From Minisyncoccia bacterium (lineage in GTDB: Bacteria; Patescibacteriota; Minisyncoccia; UBA6257; 2-01-FULL-56-20): DNA of 64,000 bases. The position numbers and the translations under genes were made by a program. This document shows, piece by piece, positions 56,177-64,000 of this stretch (its first letter is position 1; each line of letters begins with the position of its first letter). The stretch spans positions 24,732 through 88,731 of the forward strand of contig JBEKML010000002.1 of assembly GCA_050008535.1 (NCBI GenBank), written 5' to 3'. The notes beneath the pieces are model-generated. The model made no database searches. It saw nothing but the letters and a program-made list of their open reading frames with translations, and was not told the origin of the DNA.

Positions 56177-57702
56177 TGGCATATGAAATCATAGAAAAAT
56201 TAAAAAGGGAGATCGAAGGATACAAAGAAAAGCCCGAATGGGCCGAGGTCGGCCGCGTGCTTGAAGTGGGCGACGGCATCGTGAAGATCACCGGCTTGCG
56301 GAACGCCGTGAGCCAGGAAATTTTGACGATCGAGACGCCGAAAGGCGCCCGCGCGGCGCTGGCGTTGAGCCTTGAAGAAGAATCCATAGGCGCTTTGGTC
56401 CTTGACGATTATTTGGCGATAGAGGTCGGCAATACCGTGAAGCGTACGGGCAAAGTGCTTTCGCTGCCGGTGGGCGAGGAGCTTATCGGCCGTGTCGTTG
56501 ACCCCTTGGGCAATCCGCTGGACGGCAAGGGCCCCATTTTCAAAACCGGCGTGGAGCCGCAACGGAATCCGTTGGAAGCCAAGGCGCCCTCCGTTTTGGA
56601 GCGCGAATCGGTGAATACGCCTTTACACACCGGCCTCAAGGCCATTGATTCCATGATTCCGATTGGCCGCGGCCAGCGCGAACTTATCATCGGCGACCGA
56701 CAGACCGGGAAGACCGCGGTGGCCCTGGACGCCATTTTAAATCAATTGAACGACGGCGGCCGGCGGACGCCTGTCTGTATTTATGTTGCGATCGGGCAGA
56801 AGGAATCCAAGATCGTAAGGATCGCGGAGACGCTCAAAAAGTTTGACGCATTGAAATACAGCATCATTGTTTCGGCATCCGCATCGTCCCCGGCGGCCTT
56901 GTGGTACTTGGCGCCGTATGCCGGCTGCGCGATCGGTGAATATTTCCGCGACAAAGGCAAGGATGCGCTTGTGATCTACGACGATCTTTCGAAGCACGCA
57001 TGGGCTTACCGGCAGATCTCGCTTTTGCTCCGGCGCCCGCCGGGCCGCGAGGCATATCCGGGCGACATTTTCTATCTGCACTCGCGTTTGCTTGAACGCG
57101 CCGCAAAGCTTTCCAAAGAAAAAGGCGGCGGATCCCTGACTGCGCTCCCGATCGTGGAAACGCAGCTCGGCGACGTTACGGCCTATATTCCGACGAACAT
57201 CATCTCCATCACGGACGGGCAGATCTATCTGGAAAGCGACTTGTTCTACCAGGGCCTGCGTCCGGCATTGAACGTCGGTATTTCCGTGTCGCGCGTGGGT
57301 TCCGCCGCACAGACGAAGGCGATGAAAAAAGTGGCAGGCAAGCTGCGCCTTGCGCACGCGCAGTTCCGCGAGCTGCAGGCATTCGTCCAGTTCGCGACGG
57401 ACGTTGACGAAACGACGAAGAAGCGCATCGCGCAGGGGCAGAAGATCAACGAGGTCCTGAAGCAGGACGACCTCGCGCCGCTGCCGGTGGAAAAACAGGT
57501 CTGCATCTTCTACGCGGTCCTTAATAATTATTTTGAAAGCGTGGAAGTGGCCGACATCAAAAAGACCGAGGCCGGGCTTTTGGAATATCTGGGGCGGCTC
57601 CACGAGAAAGATATCCTTGCGCCCATCCGCGAGACGGGGGAGTTCACAGAGGCGGTGGAAAATAAACTAAAAGAGGCCGTCGCCCGATTTTTGGAGAAAT
57701 AA
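56176..57702 (+). CDS. atpA: ATP synthase F1 alpha subunit
   Basis: GDRQTGKTA Walker A, full alpha-subunit domains. Confidence 0.97.
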   Translation: MAYEIIEKLKREIEGYKEKPEWAEVGRVLEVGDGIVKITGLRNAVSQEILTIETPKGARAALALSLEEESIGALVLDDYLAIEVGNTVKRTGKVLSLPVGEELIGRVVDPLGNPLDGKGPIFKTGVEPQRNPLEAKAPSVLERESVNTPLHTGLKAIDSMIPIGRGQRELIIGDRQTGKTAVALDAILNQLNDGGRRTPVCIYVAIGQKESKIVRIAETLKKFDALKYSIIVSASASSPAALWYLAPYAGCAIGEYFRDKGKDALVIYDDLSKHAWAYRQISLLLRRPPGREAYPGDIFYLHSRLLERAAKLSKEKGGGSLTALPIVETQLGDVTAYIPTNIISITDGQIYLESDLFYQGLRPALNVGISVSRVGSAAQTKAMKKVAGKLRLAHAQFRELQAFVQFATDVDETTKKRIAQGQKINEVLKQDDLAPLPVEKQVCIFYAVLNNYFESVEVADIKKTEAGLLEYLGRLHEKDILAPIRETGEFTEAVENKLKEAVARFLEK

Positions 57703-57713
57703 AATGAAATAGC

Positions 57714-58649
57714 ATGGAATCCGCGCAAAATCTCAGGCGACGCATAAAGAGCGTCCAAAATATCGGGCAGATCACAAAGGCGATGGAGCTCGTGGCGGCC
57801 ACAAAGATGCGCCGCGCGCAGGAATCCGCGCTCACTTCGCGGCCGTATTCCTATACCGCGCTTGAACTTTTGGGGATCCTCTCCGATCTGAAAGAGGTGC
57901 CGCTTCCGGAAATTTTGCGTGCGCGGCCCGTCACGAAAAAACTGTTCCTCCTCATGACCTCCGATAAAGGCCTTGCGGGTTCATTCAACAGTGCGGTGAT
58001 CCGCAAATTCGAACAGTATGTGAAAGAGGAACATCTTGACATGCAAGACCCGCGCTATTCGTTCATCGCGGTCGGCCAGAAGGCCAAGAATTATCTTGAA
58101 CGGCGGAAGCTTCCGGTCGTTGCGGCTTTCACGCGCGTTGGCGACTTTATGAAGCCGGCGGAGGCGGAACCTATCGCGAATTTTCTGATCAACGGCTACA
58201 CGAAGCACGAATTTGACGGCGCGGTCGCGTTCTTCACCACGTTCGTCACTGCCCTGCGGCAGGACGCCGTTGCGCGCGAATTTTTGCCGGTGAACTACGA
58301 GATGATCAAGCGTTCCATTGAAGACACCATCCCGCGCGCCGGCCGCTATTCCAATTATGCGAAGGCGGAGTCGTTCTTTGAAACGCGCGAGCGGGATTAT
58401 TTGATAGAACCCTCGCCCGCGGAAGTGCTTGCGGAACTCGCGCCCACGCTTTTGAAGACCCGCATCTATCACATGATCCTTGAGGCGAACGCATCGGAGC
58501 ACTCCGCGCGCCGCGTGGCCATGAAGAACGCTTCGGAGAATGCAAGCGACCTTTCGGGGAATTTGAATATGGAATATAATAAGTCGCGCCAGGCGGCGAT
58601 CACGCGTGAGCTGATCGAGGTCACATCGGGTGCGCAGGCGCTCAATTAA
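57714..58649 (+). CDS. atpG: ATP synthase F1 gamma subunit
   Basis: IKSVQNIGQITKAMELVAATKMRRAQ N-terminus; ITRELIEVTSGAQAL C-terminus. Confidence 0.93.
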   Translation: MESAQNLRRRIKSVQNIGQITKAMELVAATKMRRAQESALTSRPYSYTALELLGILSDLKEVPLPEILRARPVTKKLFLLMTSDKGLAGSFNSAVIRKFEQYVKEEHLDMQDPRYSFIAVGQKAKNYLERRKLPVVAAFTRVGDFMKPAEAEPIANFLINGYTKHEFDGAVAFFTTFVTALRQDAVAREFLPVNYEMIKRSIEDTIPRAGRYSNYAKAESFFETRERDYLIEPSPAEVLAELAPTLLKTRIYHMILEANASEHSARRVAMKNASENASDLSGNLNMEYNKSRQAAITRELIEVTSGAQALN

Positions 58650-58652
58650 TAA

Positions 58653-60041
<1,389 letters not shown>

Positions 60042-60052
60042 TTTTCACTCAC

Positions 60053-60304
60053 ATGACCCTCGGCGTTTACTCATTGCAAAAAGTGCTCTACCAGGGCGAA
60101 GCGTCCCTGGTGAATTGCGCGACAAGGAACGGCGAGATCACGATCCTTGATCATCACCGGCCGCTTATTTCCGTTCTCGCGCGCGGCACGATGAAAATCG
60201 TTGACAAAGAGCAAAAAGAACATTATATTCCGGTAAGCTCCGGGTTTTTAGAAGTGCGGAGCGGGAACGAAGCAAGATTTCTTGTTGAGGAGGAAAAAGC
60301 TTGA
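60053..60304 (+). CDS. atpC: ATP synthase F1 epsilon subunit (short, beta-sandwich only)
   Basis: Position after atpD; epsilon N-domain-like sequence. Confidence 0.8.
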   Translation: MTLGVYSLQKVLYQGEASLVNCATRNGEITILDHHRPLISVLARGTMKIVDKEQKEHYIPVSSGFLEVRSGNEARFLVEEEKA

Positions 60305-60324
60305 CGGCAACTTTAGTTTCGAGC

Positions 60325-60735
60325 ATGACAAAGATTCTGGATTTCCGATCGCCGCAAGAGCATTACCACAACCAAGAAGCATTCCTCTGGTGCCCCGATC
60401 AGCGGTTCGAGGATGTCCGGCATGCATTTGCGAAAGCAGGCAACTTTACCAAGCCGGATCCCATTCTCATACCGGGCGGGGTGAAAGCGCTCGTTGCGCC
60501 GAAGGATCCCCGCGACCGGGAGTTCATCCTGGAACAGATAGAGGTCCTCATGGGGCACGGTTTTACCACGCTCTACGCCATGGCGCACATGAACTGCGCC
60601 GCATGCGGCGGGAACACCGACCGGGCGTTCTACGAAGAGATGCTCAAAACCGCGGGCGAGATCATCCGCGCTCGCATCCCGAACCTCAACGTGCGGCTCA
60701 TCTTCGCCGACTACGACGGGTTATACGAGGTGTAA
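60325..60735 (+). CDS. hypothetical protein with CxDxR ... HxxCxxCGG motifs (beta-carbonic-anhydrase-like metal site?) at end of atp operon
   Basis: LWCPDQRF and HMNCAACGG; ATG 60325 (TTG 60301 would overlap atpC stop); followed by terminator. Confidence 0.35.
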   Translation: MTKILDFRSPQEHYHNQEAFLWCPDQRFEDVRHAFAKAGNFTKPDPILIPGGVKALVAPKDPRDREFILEQIEVLMGHGFTTLYAMAHMNCAACGGNTDRAFYEEMLKTAGEIIRARIPNLNVRLIFADYDGLYEV

Positions 60736-60756
60736 GCAATCACTGCAATTATCGTT

Positions 60757-60796
60757 CACAGGTTGGGGAAATTTTCCCAACCTGTTTCGTTTTTCG
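60757..60796 (+). terminator. rho-independent terminator closing atp operon (acaggttggggaaattttcccaacctgt + TTTCGTTTTT)
   Basis: 11-bp stem, T-rich tail. Confidence 0.75.
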
Positions 60797-60809
60797 GTAT
60801 ACTATAACT

Positions 60810-61319
60810 ATGCCCGCCCAAAAAATCTCTCTTGAACACGCAAAACAAGACAAATTGTTCTATTTTGTTGCGAATGTTTTGGTCTATCGTCCAAGCGACG
60901 GCCGGTGCCTTATTCTGAAGCGGGATGAGCGGGAAAAAGTGCATCCGGGGAAATGGGCGACGCCTGGCGGGAAGCTGGAATGGAACGACATGGACCTTGC
61001 GCGTCCCACGCGCATGAACGGCGACGTGGTCGATTTCGAGAACGCGGTGGAAAATTTGATCGCCCGCGAAACAAAGGAAGAAGCGGGGATTGAGATCCTG
61101 TCGGAACTGAAATACATCAACAGCAATGCCTTTGTGCGGCCGGACGGGATCCCGGTGGTGCTCGTGAAATTCGCGGCGGAATATAAAAGCGGCGAGGTGA
61201 AACCGGAAGAGGGGTCCTTTACGGAATATGCCTGGGTGAATGCGGAGGAAGTGAAAAAATATGATTGCATAGAAGGCATACCGGAGGAGGTTCGCCGCGC
61301 CATAGCATTATTTTCATGA
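60810..61319 (+). CDS. NUDIX hydrolase
   Basis: GGKLEW...ENLIARETKEEAGI Nudix box; TATACT ends 6 nt before ATG; ORF-track N-terminal extension from 60282 discarded. Confidence 0.75.
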   Translation: MPAQKISLEHAKQDKLFYFVANVLVYRPSDGRCLILKRDEREKVHPGKWATPGGKLEWNDMDLARPTRMNGDVVDFENAVENLIARETKEEAGIEILSELKYINSNAFVRPDGIPVVLVKFAAEYKSGEVKPEEGSFTEYAWVNAEEVKKYDCIEGIPEEVRRAIALFS

Positions 61320-61567
61320 AAACATTCATGGAAAAGGTGTACACGGTCGTGGCGAAGATCCCGCGCGGGAAGACGATGACGTACCGCGAGGTCGCGCGGC
61401 GGGCGGGGAATCCGCGCGCCTATCGCGCGGCAGGGAATATTCTCAATAAAAACCGGAGTCCGTTAGTGCCGTGCCATCGCGTGGTGCGCTCGGACGGCGA
61501 TCCGGGCGGCTTTGCGCGGGGACGCAAAAAGAAGATAATGATATTGAAGCGCGAAGGCGCGATCTAA
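61316..61567 (+). CDS. methylated-DNA--protein-cysteine methyltransferase (MGMT/Ogt DNA-binding catalytic domain, stand-alone)
   Basis: IPRGKTMTYREVARRAGNPRAYRAAGNILNKNRSPLVPCHRVV; PCHR active-site Cys present. Confidence 0.8.
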   Translation: MKTFMEKVYTVVAKIPRGKTMTYREVARRAGNPRAYRAAGNILNKNRSPLVPCHRVVRSDGDPGGFARGRKKKIMILKREGAI

Positions 61568-61569
61568 AA

Positions 61570-62028
61570 ATGAACGCACTCAAGCTTTTGAAGATCATCG
61601 TTATAGCATTCGCGATTATCATCGTGGTTCTTTTGGGGGTGTTGATTTTCGTGAAGCCCGTGCAGGGGCCCGGGCCCGACGAATTCCCCGTTGCTGTTTC
61701 TCACGACGGTCGCCTGGTGGTTATGCAACCGCGGCCGGGCACCTTTATCGCTTCGCCCGTCGCCTTGCATGGTTCCGTGACCGGCGGCGGATGGTTTTTT
61801 GAAGCCGTATTCCCCGTGAAAGTTTTGGATGGCGATGGGACGGTGCTCGGGCAGGGCCAGGCGCAGGCAGAGAGCGACTGGATGACGACCGGCACGGTGC
61901 CTTTTTCCGCGAGCATATCGTTCAGTGCGCCGCGCTATGCGACCGGCACCGTCGTGTTCACGCAAGATACCCCTCGCGCTTTGACGCAGAACGGCGAGAA
62001 ACTCAGCGTGCCCGTGAGGTTTAGATAA
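61570..62028 (+). CDS. membrane-anchored protein with Ig-like (Gmad2-like) domain
   Basis: N-terminal TM helix; GSVTGGGWFFEAVFPVKVLDGDGTVLGQGQAQAESDWMTTGTVPFSASISF. Confidence 0.55.
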   Translation: MNALKLLKIIVIAFAIIIVVLLGVLIFVKPVQGPGPDEFPVAVSHDGRLVVMQPRPGTFIASPVALHGSVTGGGWFFEAVFPVKVLDGDGTVLGQGQAQAESDWMTTGTVPFSASISFSAPRYATGTVVFTQDTPRALTQNGEKLSVPVRFR

Positions 62029-62032
62029 AGCC

Positions 62033-62060
62033 GTGCCACCCGGGAGGGGGTGGCACATAA
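62033..62060. terminator. bidirectional terminator hairpin between convergent genes (gtgccaccc-ggga-gggggtggcac)
   Basis: 9-bp GC stem between 61570..62028(+) and 62074..62637(-). Confidence 0.55.
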
Positions 62061-62073
62061 ATGGAGCGAAACT

Positions 62074-62637
62074 TCAGACAAGCACGATTTCCGAAGCGCG
62101 TTGCACGACTTCGGGAATGGAGTTGTAGATGGTGAAAGAGGGCACGCCGAGTGCGCGCTTGAAATTCTCCTGGATCTGGTTCAGTCCGGGGAAGTCCGGC
62201 TCTGCGCCGATGACGAGGCGGATCGCTTTGTCGTGCATCATTCGTCCGCGCCATTCACCGAGCTCGCCACGGGTATCCCTTGCATATGATTGTCCGTCCG
62301 TGCGGGGACACGTCTTGCTTTCACAAGGGAGCCAGAAAATGATACAGCTCCGTAGACATGGAGACTGTGCGGCGACAGCGAGATAGTGCCGTTCCCACAG
62401 CAGCTGCCGCGAGAAGAACTCGCCCCCAGACAACTGACGCGCGACGAGAGGGTGATTGTTTTCGTACCGGCAGGGGATCGCGGCGACGAAATTGTCTTCA
62501 CCGAGGCGCTCCGCGAGCGCTTGATACATGGTATGCTGCCAATCTCCTCCGCCGAGAACCGGGCCAGCGAGGAAGAAGAAAGGTTGCGATACGACCTCAT
62601 CGGATCTAATGAGTGTTTTGGGCAAGATTACACTCAT
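62074..62637 (-). CDS. nucleoside 2-deoxyribosyltransferase-like protein
   Basis: PFFFLAGPVLGGGDW resembles YLAGP(F) motif of NDT/Rcl-type folds. Confidence 0.45.
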   Translation of the reverse strand: MSVILPKTLIRSDEVVSQPFFFLAGPVLGGGDWQHTMYQALAERLGEDNFVAAIPCRYENNHPLVARQLSGGEFFSRQLLWERHYLAVAAQSPCLRSCIIFWLPCESKTCPRTDGQSYARDTRGELGEWRGRMMHDKAIRLVIGAEPDFPGLNQIQENFKRALGVPSFTIYNSIPEVVQRASEIVLV

Positions 62638-62748
62638 GCCTACCTCCCTTTTTGATAGTTGCTGCGGGTAATATACCTATAAGAATGGGAAATGTCCAAT
62701 TGTAGAAGTGTATACTATATAAAAGGCCGAGAGCCGATATTTACCTCC

Positions 62749-62901
62749 ATGAAACATTATATTTGTACCGGGGAATGTGCGGGGGCTTCGGAAAAACCGG
62801 GCGTATGCCAATCGCAGATGTGCTCCAAGCACGGCCAGCCGCTTAGCGAGTGCGAGTGCCCCGACGGGAAGCACGGGAAGAAGGACGAGAAGAAAAAATA
62901 G
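62749..62901 (+). CDS. small Cys-rich protein (7 Cys in 50 aa)
   Basis: MKHYICTGECAGASEKPGVCQSQMCSKHGQPLSECECPDGKHGKKDEKKK; TATACT box upstream; 3' end overlaps 3' end of convergent Mpg ORF by 59 nt. Confidence 0.4.
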   Translation: MKHYICTGECAGASEKPGVCQSQMCSKHGQPLSECECPDGKHGKKDEKKK

Positions 62902-63451
62902 GCAGTCGGAGCGCGAAGTTATATTTTTTGTTTGCCCATAGAGGTCCGGCGTAGTCCACGCCGATGCGCTTCCGGGCGATGATCGCTGAAGGGGGGATTT
63001 TTACGCCTCGGTCCTCAAACCAGAGGCCGTTCTTTTTTAAAGTGTACATGCCATTTTGTGCGCTGCCGATGCGCAAAAATTTCGTGAGGCGCGCGGGGCC
63101 TTGGACGTATTCCGCCTTGCCCGTACGTGGGTCTTTATAGATGCCTGCGCGGAGAAGCACCGCGGCGGGGTAGCCATGCGGCCCCGTCACGATGTTTGCG
63201 AGCCAGTGCATACCGTAGGTGAAATAAACATAGAATTTGCCCGCCCTGCCGAACATCGGCCGGTTCCGCAGCGTGAGCCCGCGGCTCGCGTGGGAGGCCT
63301 TATCGCACGGCCCGTCATAGGCCTCTACTTCGGTGATCATGAGTGCAAGCGTCCGCCCGCGCCACCGCCGCACGAGATATTTCCCAAGAAGCCCGCGCGC
63401 GACCACAACGGTCGGCCGATCAAAGAATGTCATGGCGAATGCCTTTTTCAT
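62843..63451 (-). CDS. DNA-3-methyladenine glycosylase (Mpg/AAG family)
   Basis: EVEAYDGPCDKASHASRGLTLRNRPMFGRAGKFYVYFTYGMHWLANIV signature; start at Met 63451 (or 63433). Confidence 0.8.
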   Translation of the reverse strand: MKKAFAMTFFDRPTVVVARGLLGKYLVRRWRGRTLALMITEVEAYDGPCDKASHASRGLTLRNRPMFGRAGKFYVYFTYGMHWLANIVTGPHGYPAAVLLRAGIYKDPRTGKAEYVQGPARLTKFLRIGSAQNGMYTLKKNGLWFEDRGVKIPPSAIIARKRIGVDYAGPLWANKKYNFALRLPIFSSRPSSRASRRGTRTR

Positions 63452-63487
63452 GTAGTATCTTATACATGGTATTATGGGAGAAACAAA

Positions 63488-64000
63488 ATGAATAATCCAT
63501 TCCAAAACGCGCAGATACAGCTTTCCCGGGCGGCGGCTATAAAGTCTTTCCCCGAGGACTTTCTTGTTCGCTTAAGGTCGCCGGAGCGCGAGATAAAGGT
63601 CTTTATCCCGCTCAAGATGGACGACGGCAGCACAAAAATTTTCGAGGGGTACCGCGTTCAGTACTCAAATGCGCGCGGACCCTACAAGGGCGGCATCCGC
63701 TATCATCCCGCTACGGACGTTGACGAAGTTCGCGCGTTGGCATTTTGGATGACAATAAAGTGCGCGGTCGCGGGAATACCGATGGGCGGCGCAAAAGGAG
63801 GAATAACCGTGGACCCGAAGAAACTTTCAAAGAGCGAGCTCGAACAACTTTCCCGCGGGTGGGTTCGCATGCTCTATCCCGTTTTGGGCCCCCAGGTTGA
63901 TGTTCCTGCGCCGGACGTCAATACGACGCCCGAAATAATGGTGTGGATGGCCGACGAATACGAGCGCCTCACCGGAGATAAAAGTTGGGCGACCTTTACC
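63488..64000 (+). CDS. glutamate dehydrogenase (Glu/Leu/Phe/Val dehydrogenase family), 5' part; continues beyond window
   Basis: KGGIRYHP...KCAVAGIPMGGAKGG signature; open to window end (absent from ORF track). Confidence 0.8.
   Translation, partial: MNNPFQNAQIQLSRAAAIKSFPEDFLVRLRSPEREIKVFIPLKMDDGSTKIFEGYRVQYSNARGPYKGGIRYHPATDVDEVRALAFWMTIKCAVAGIPMGGAKGGITVDPKKLSKSELEQLSRGWVRMLYPVLGPQVDVPAPDVNTTPEIMVWMADEYERLTGDKSWATFT

Noticed and set aside
60282-60809. 176-aa N-terminal extension of the NUDIX ORF overlapping atpC and the following ORF
   Set aside because: Crosses an intrinsic terminator. NUDIX homology begins at Met 60810 directly behind a -10 box.

Overview
This is a G+C-rich bacterial chromosome segment, judged by eye and not computed, that is densely packed with core genes. 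Genes identified:
- valS, tsaD, recG and a pgsA/M50-protease/EamA membrane set.
- A long ribosomal super-operon rpsL-rpsG-fusA-tuf-rpsJ / rplC...rplO-secY-adk-map. It has no rpmD (L30) between rpsE and rplO, and no infA-rpmJ-rpsM-rpsK-rpsD-rpoA-rplQ tail.
- greA, lysS and dnaE.
- prfB with its programmed +1 frameshift.
- ftsEX.
- The F1Fo ATP synthase operon atpB-E-F-H-A-G-D-C.
- Ten tRNAs: Glu, Lys, Arg, Ala, Thr x3, Trp, plus rpmG nearby.

Accessory or unusual content:
- An overlapping pair of a processive GT2 synthase and a giant type-IV-pilin-like protein.
- A visibly low-GC orphan RsmC-like methyltransferase bracketed by two GC-rich palindromic structured elements.
- A hairpin repeat with a conserved loop directly 3' of tRNA genes (two copies).
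- A tRNA-bracketed island (tRNA-Trp to tRNA-Thr) of Ig-like surface proteins, including a ~3.2 kb adhesin gene broken at domain-repeat boundaries. Beside it sits a low-GC lipase-like gene.
- Three tandem CYTH-domain paralogs next to the atp operon.
- A cluster of alkylation-repair-type genes (NUDIX, MGMT, NDT-like, Mpg).
- Two small Cys-rich proteins.
- Recurrent leaderless promoter architecture (TATAnT-N6-7-ATG).

The missing L30, sparse Shine-Dalgarno usage, pilin-like proteins and compact operons suggest a Patescibacteria/CPR-like organism. That is inference only.
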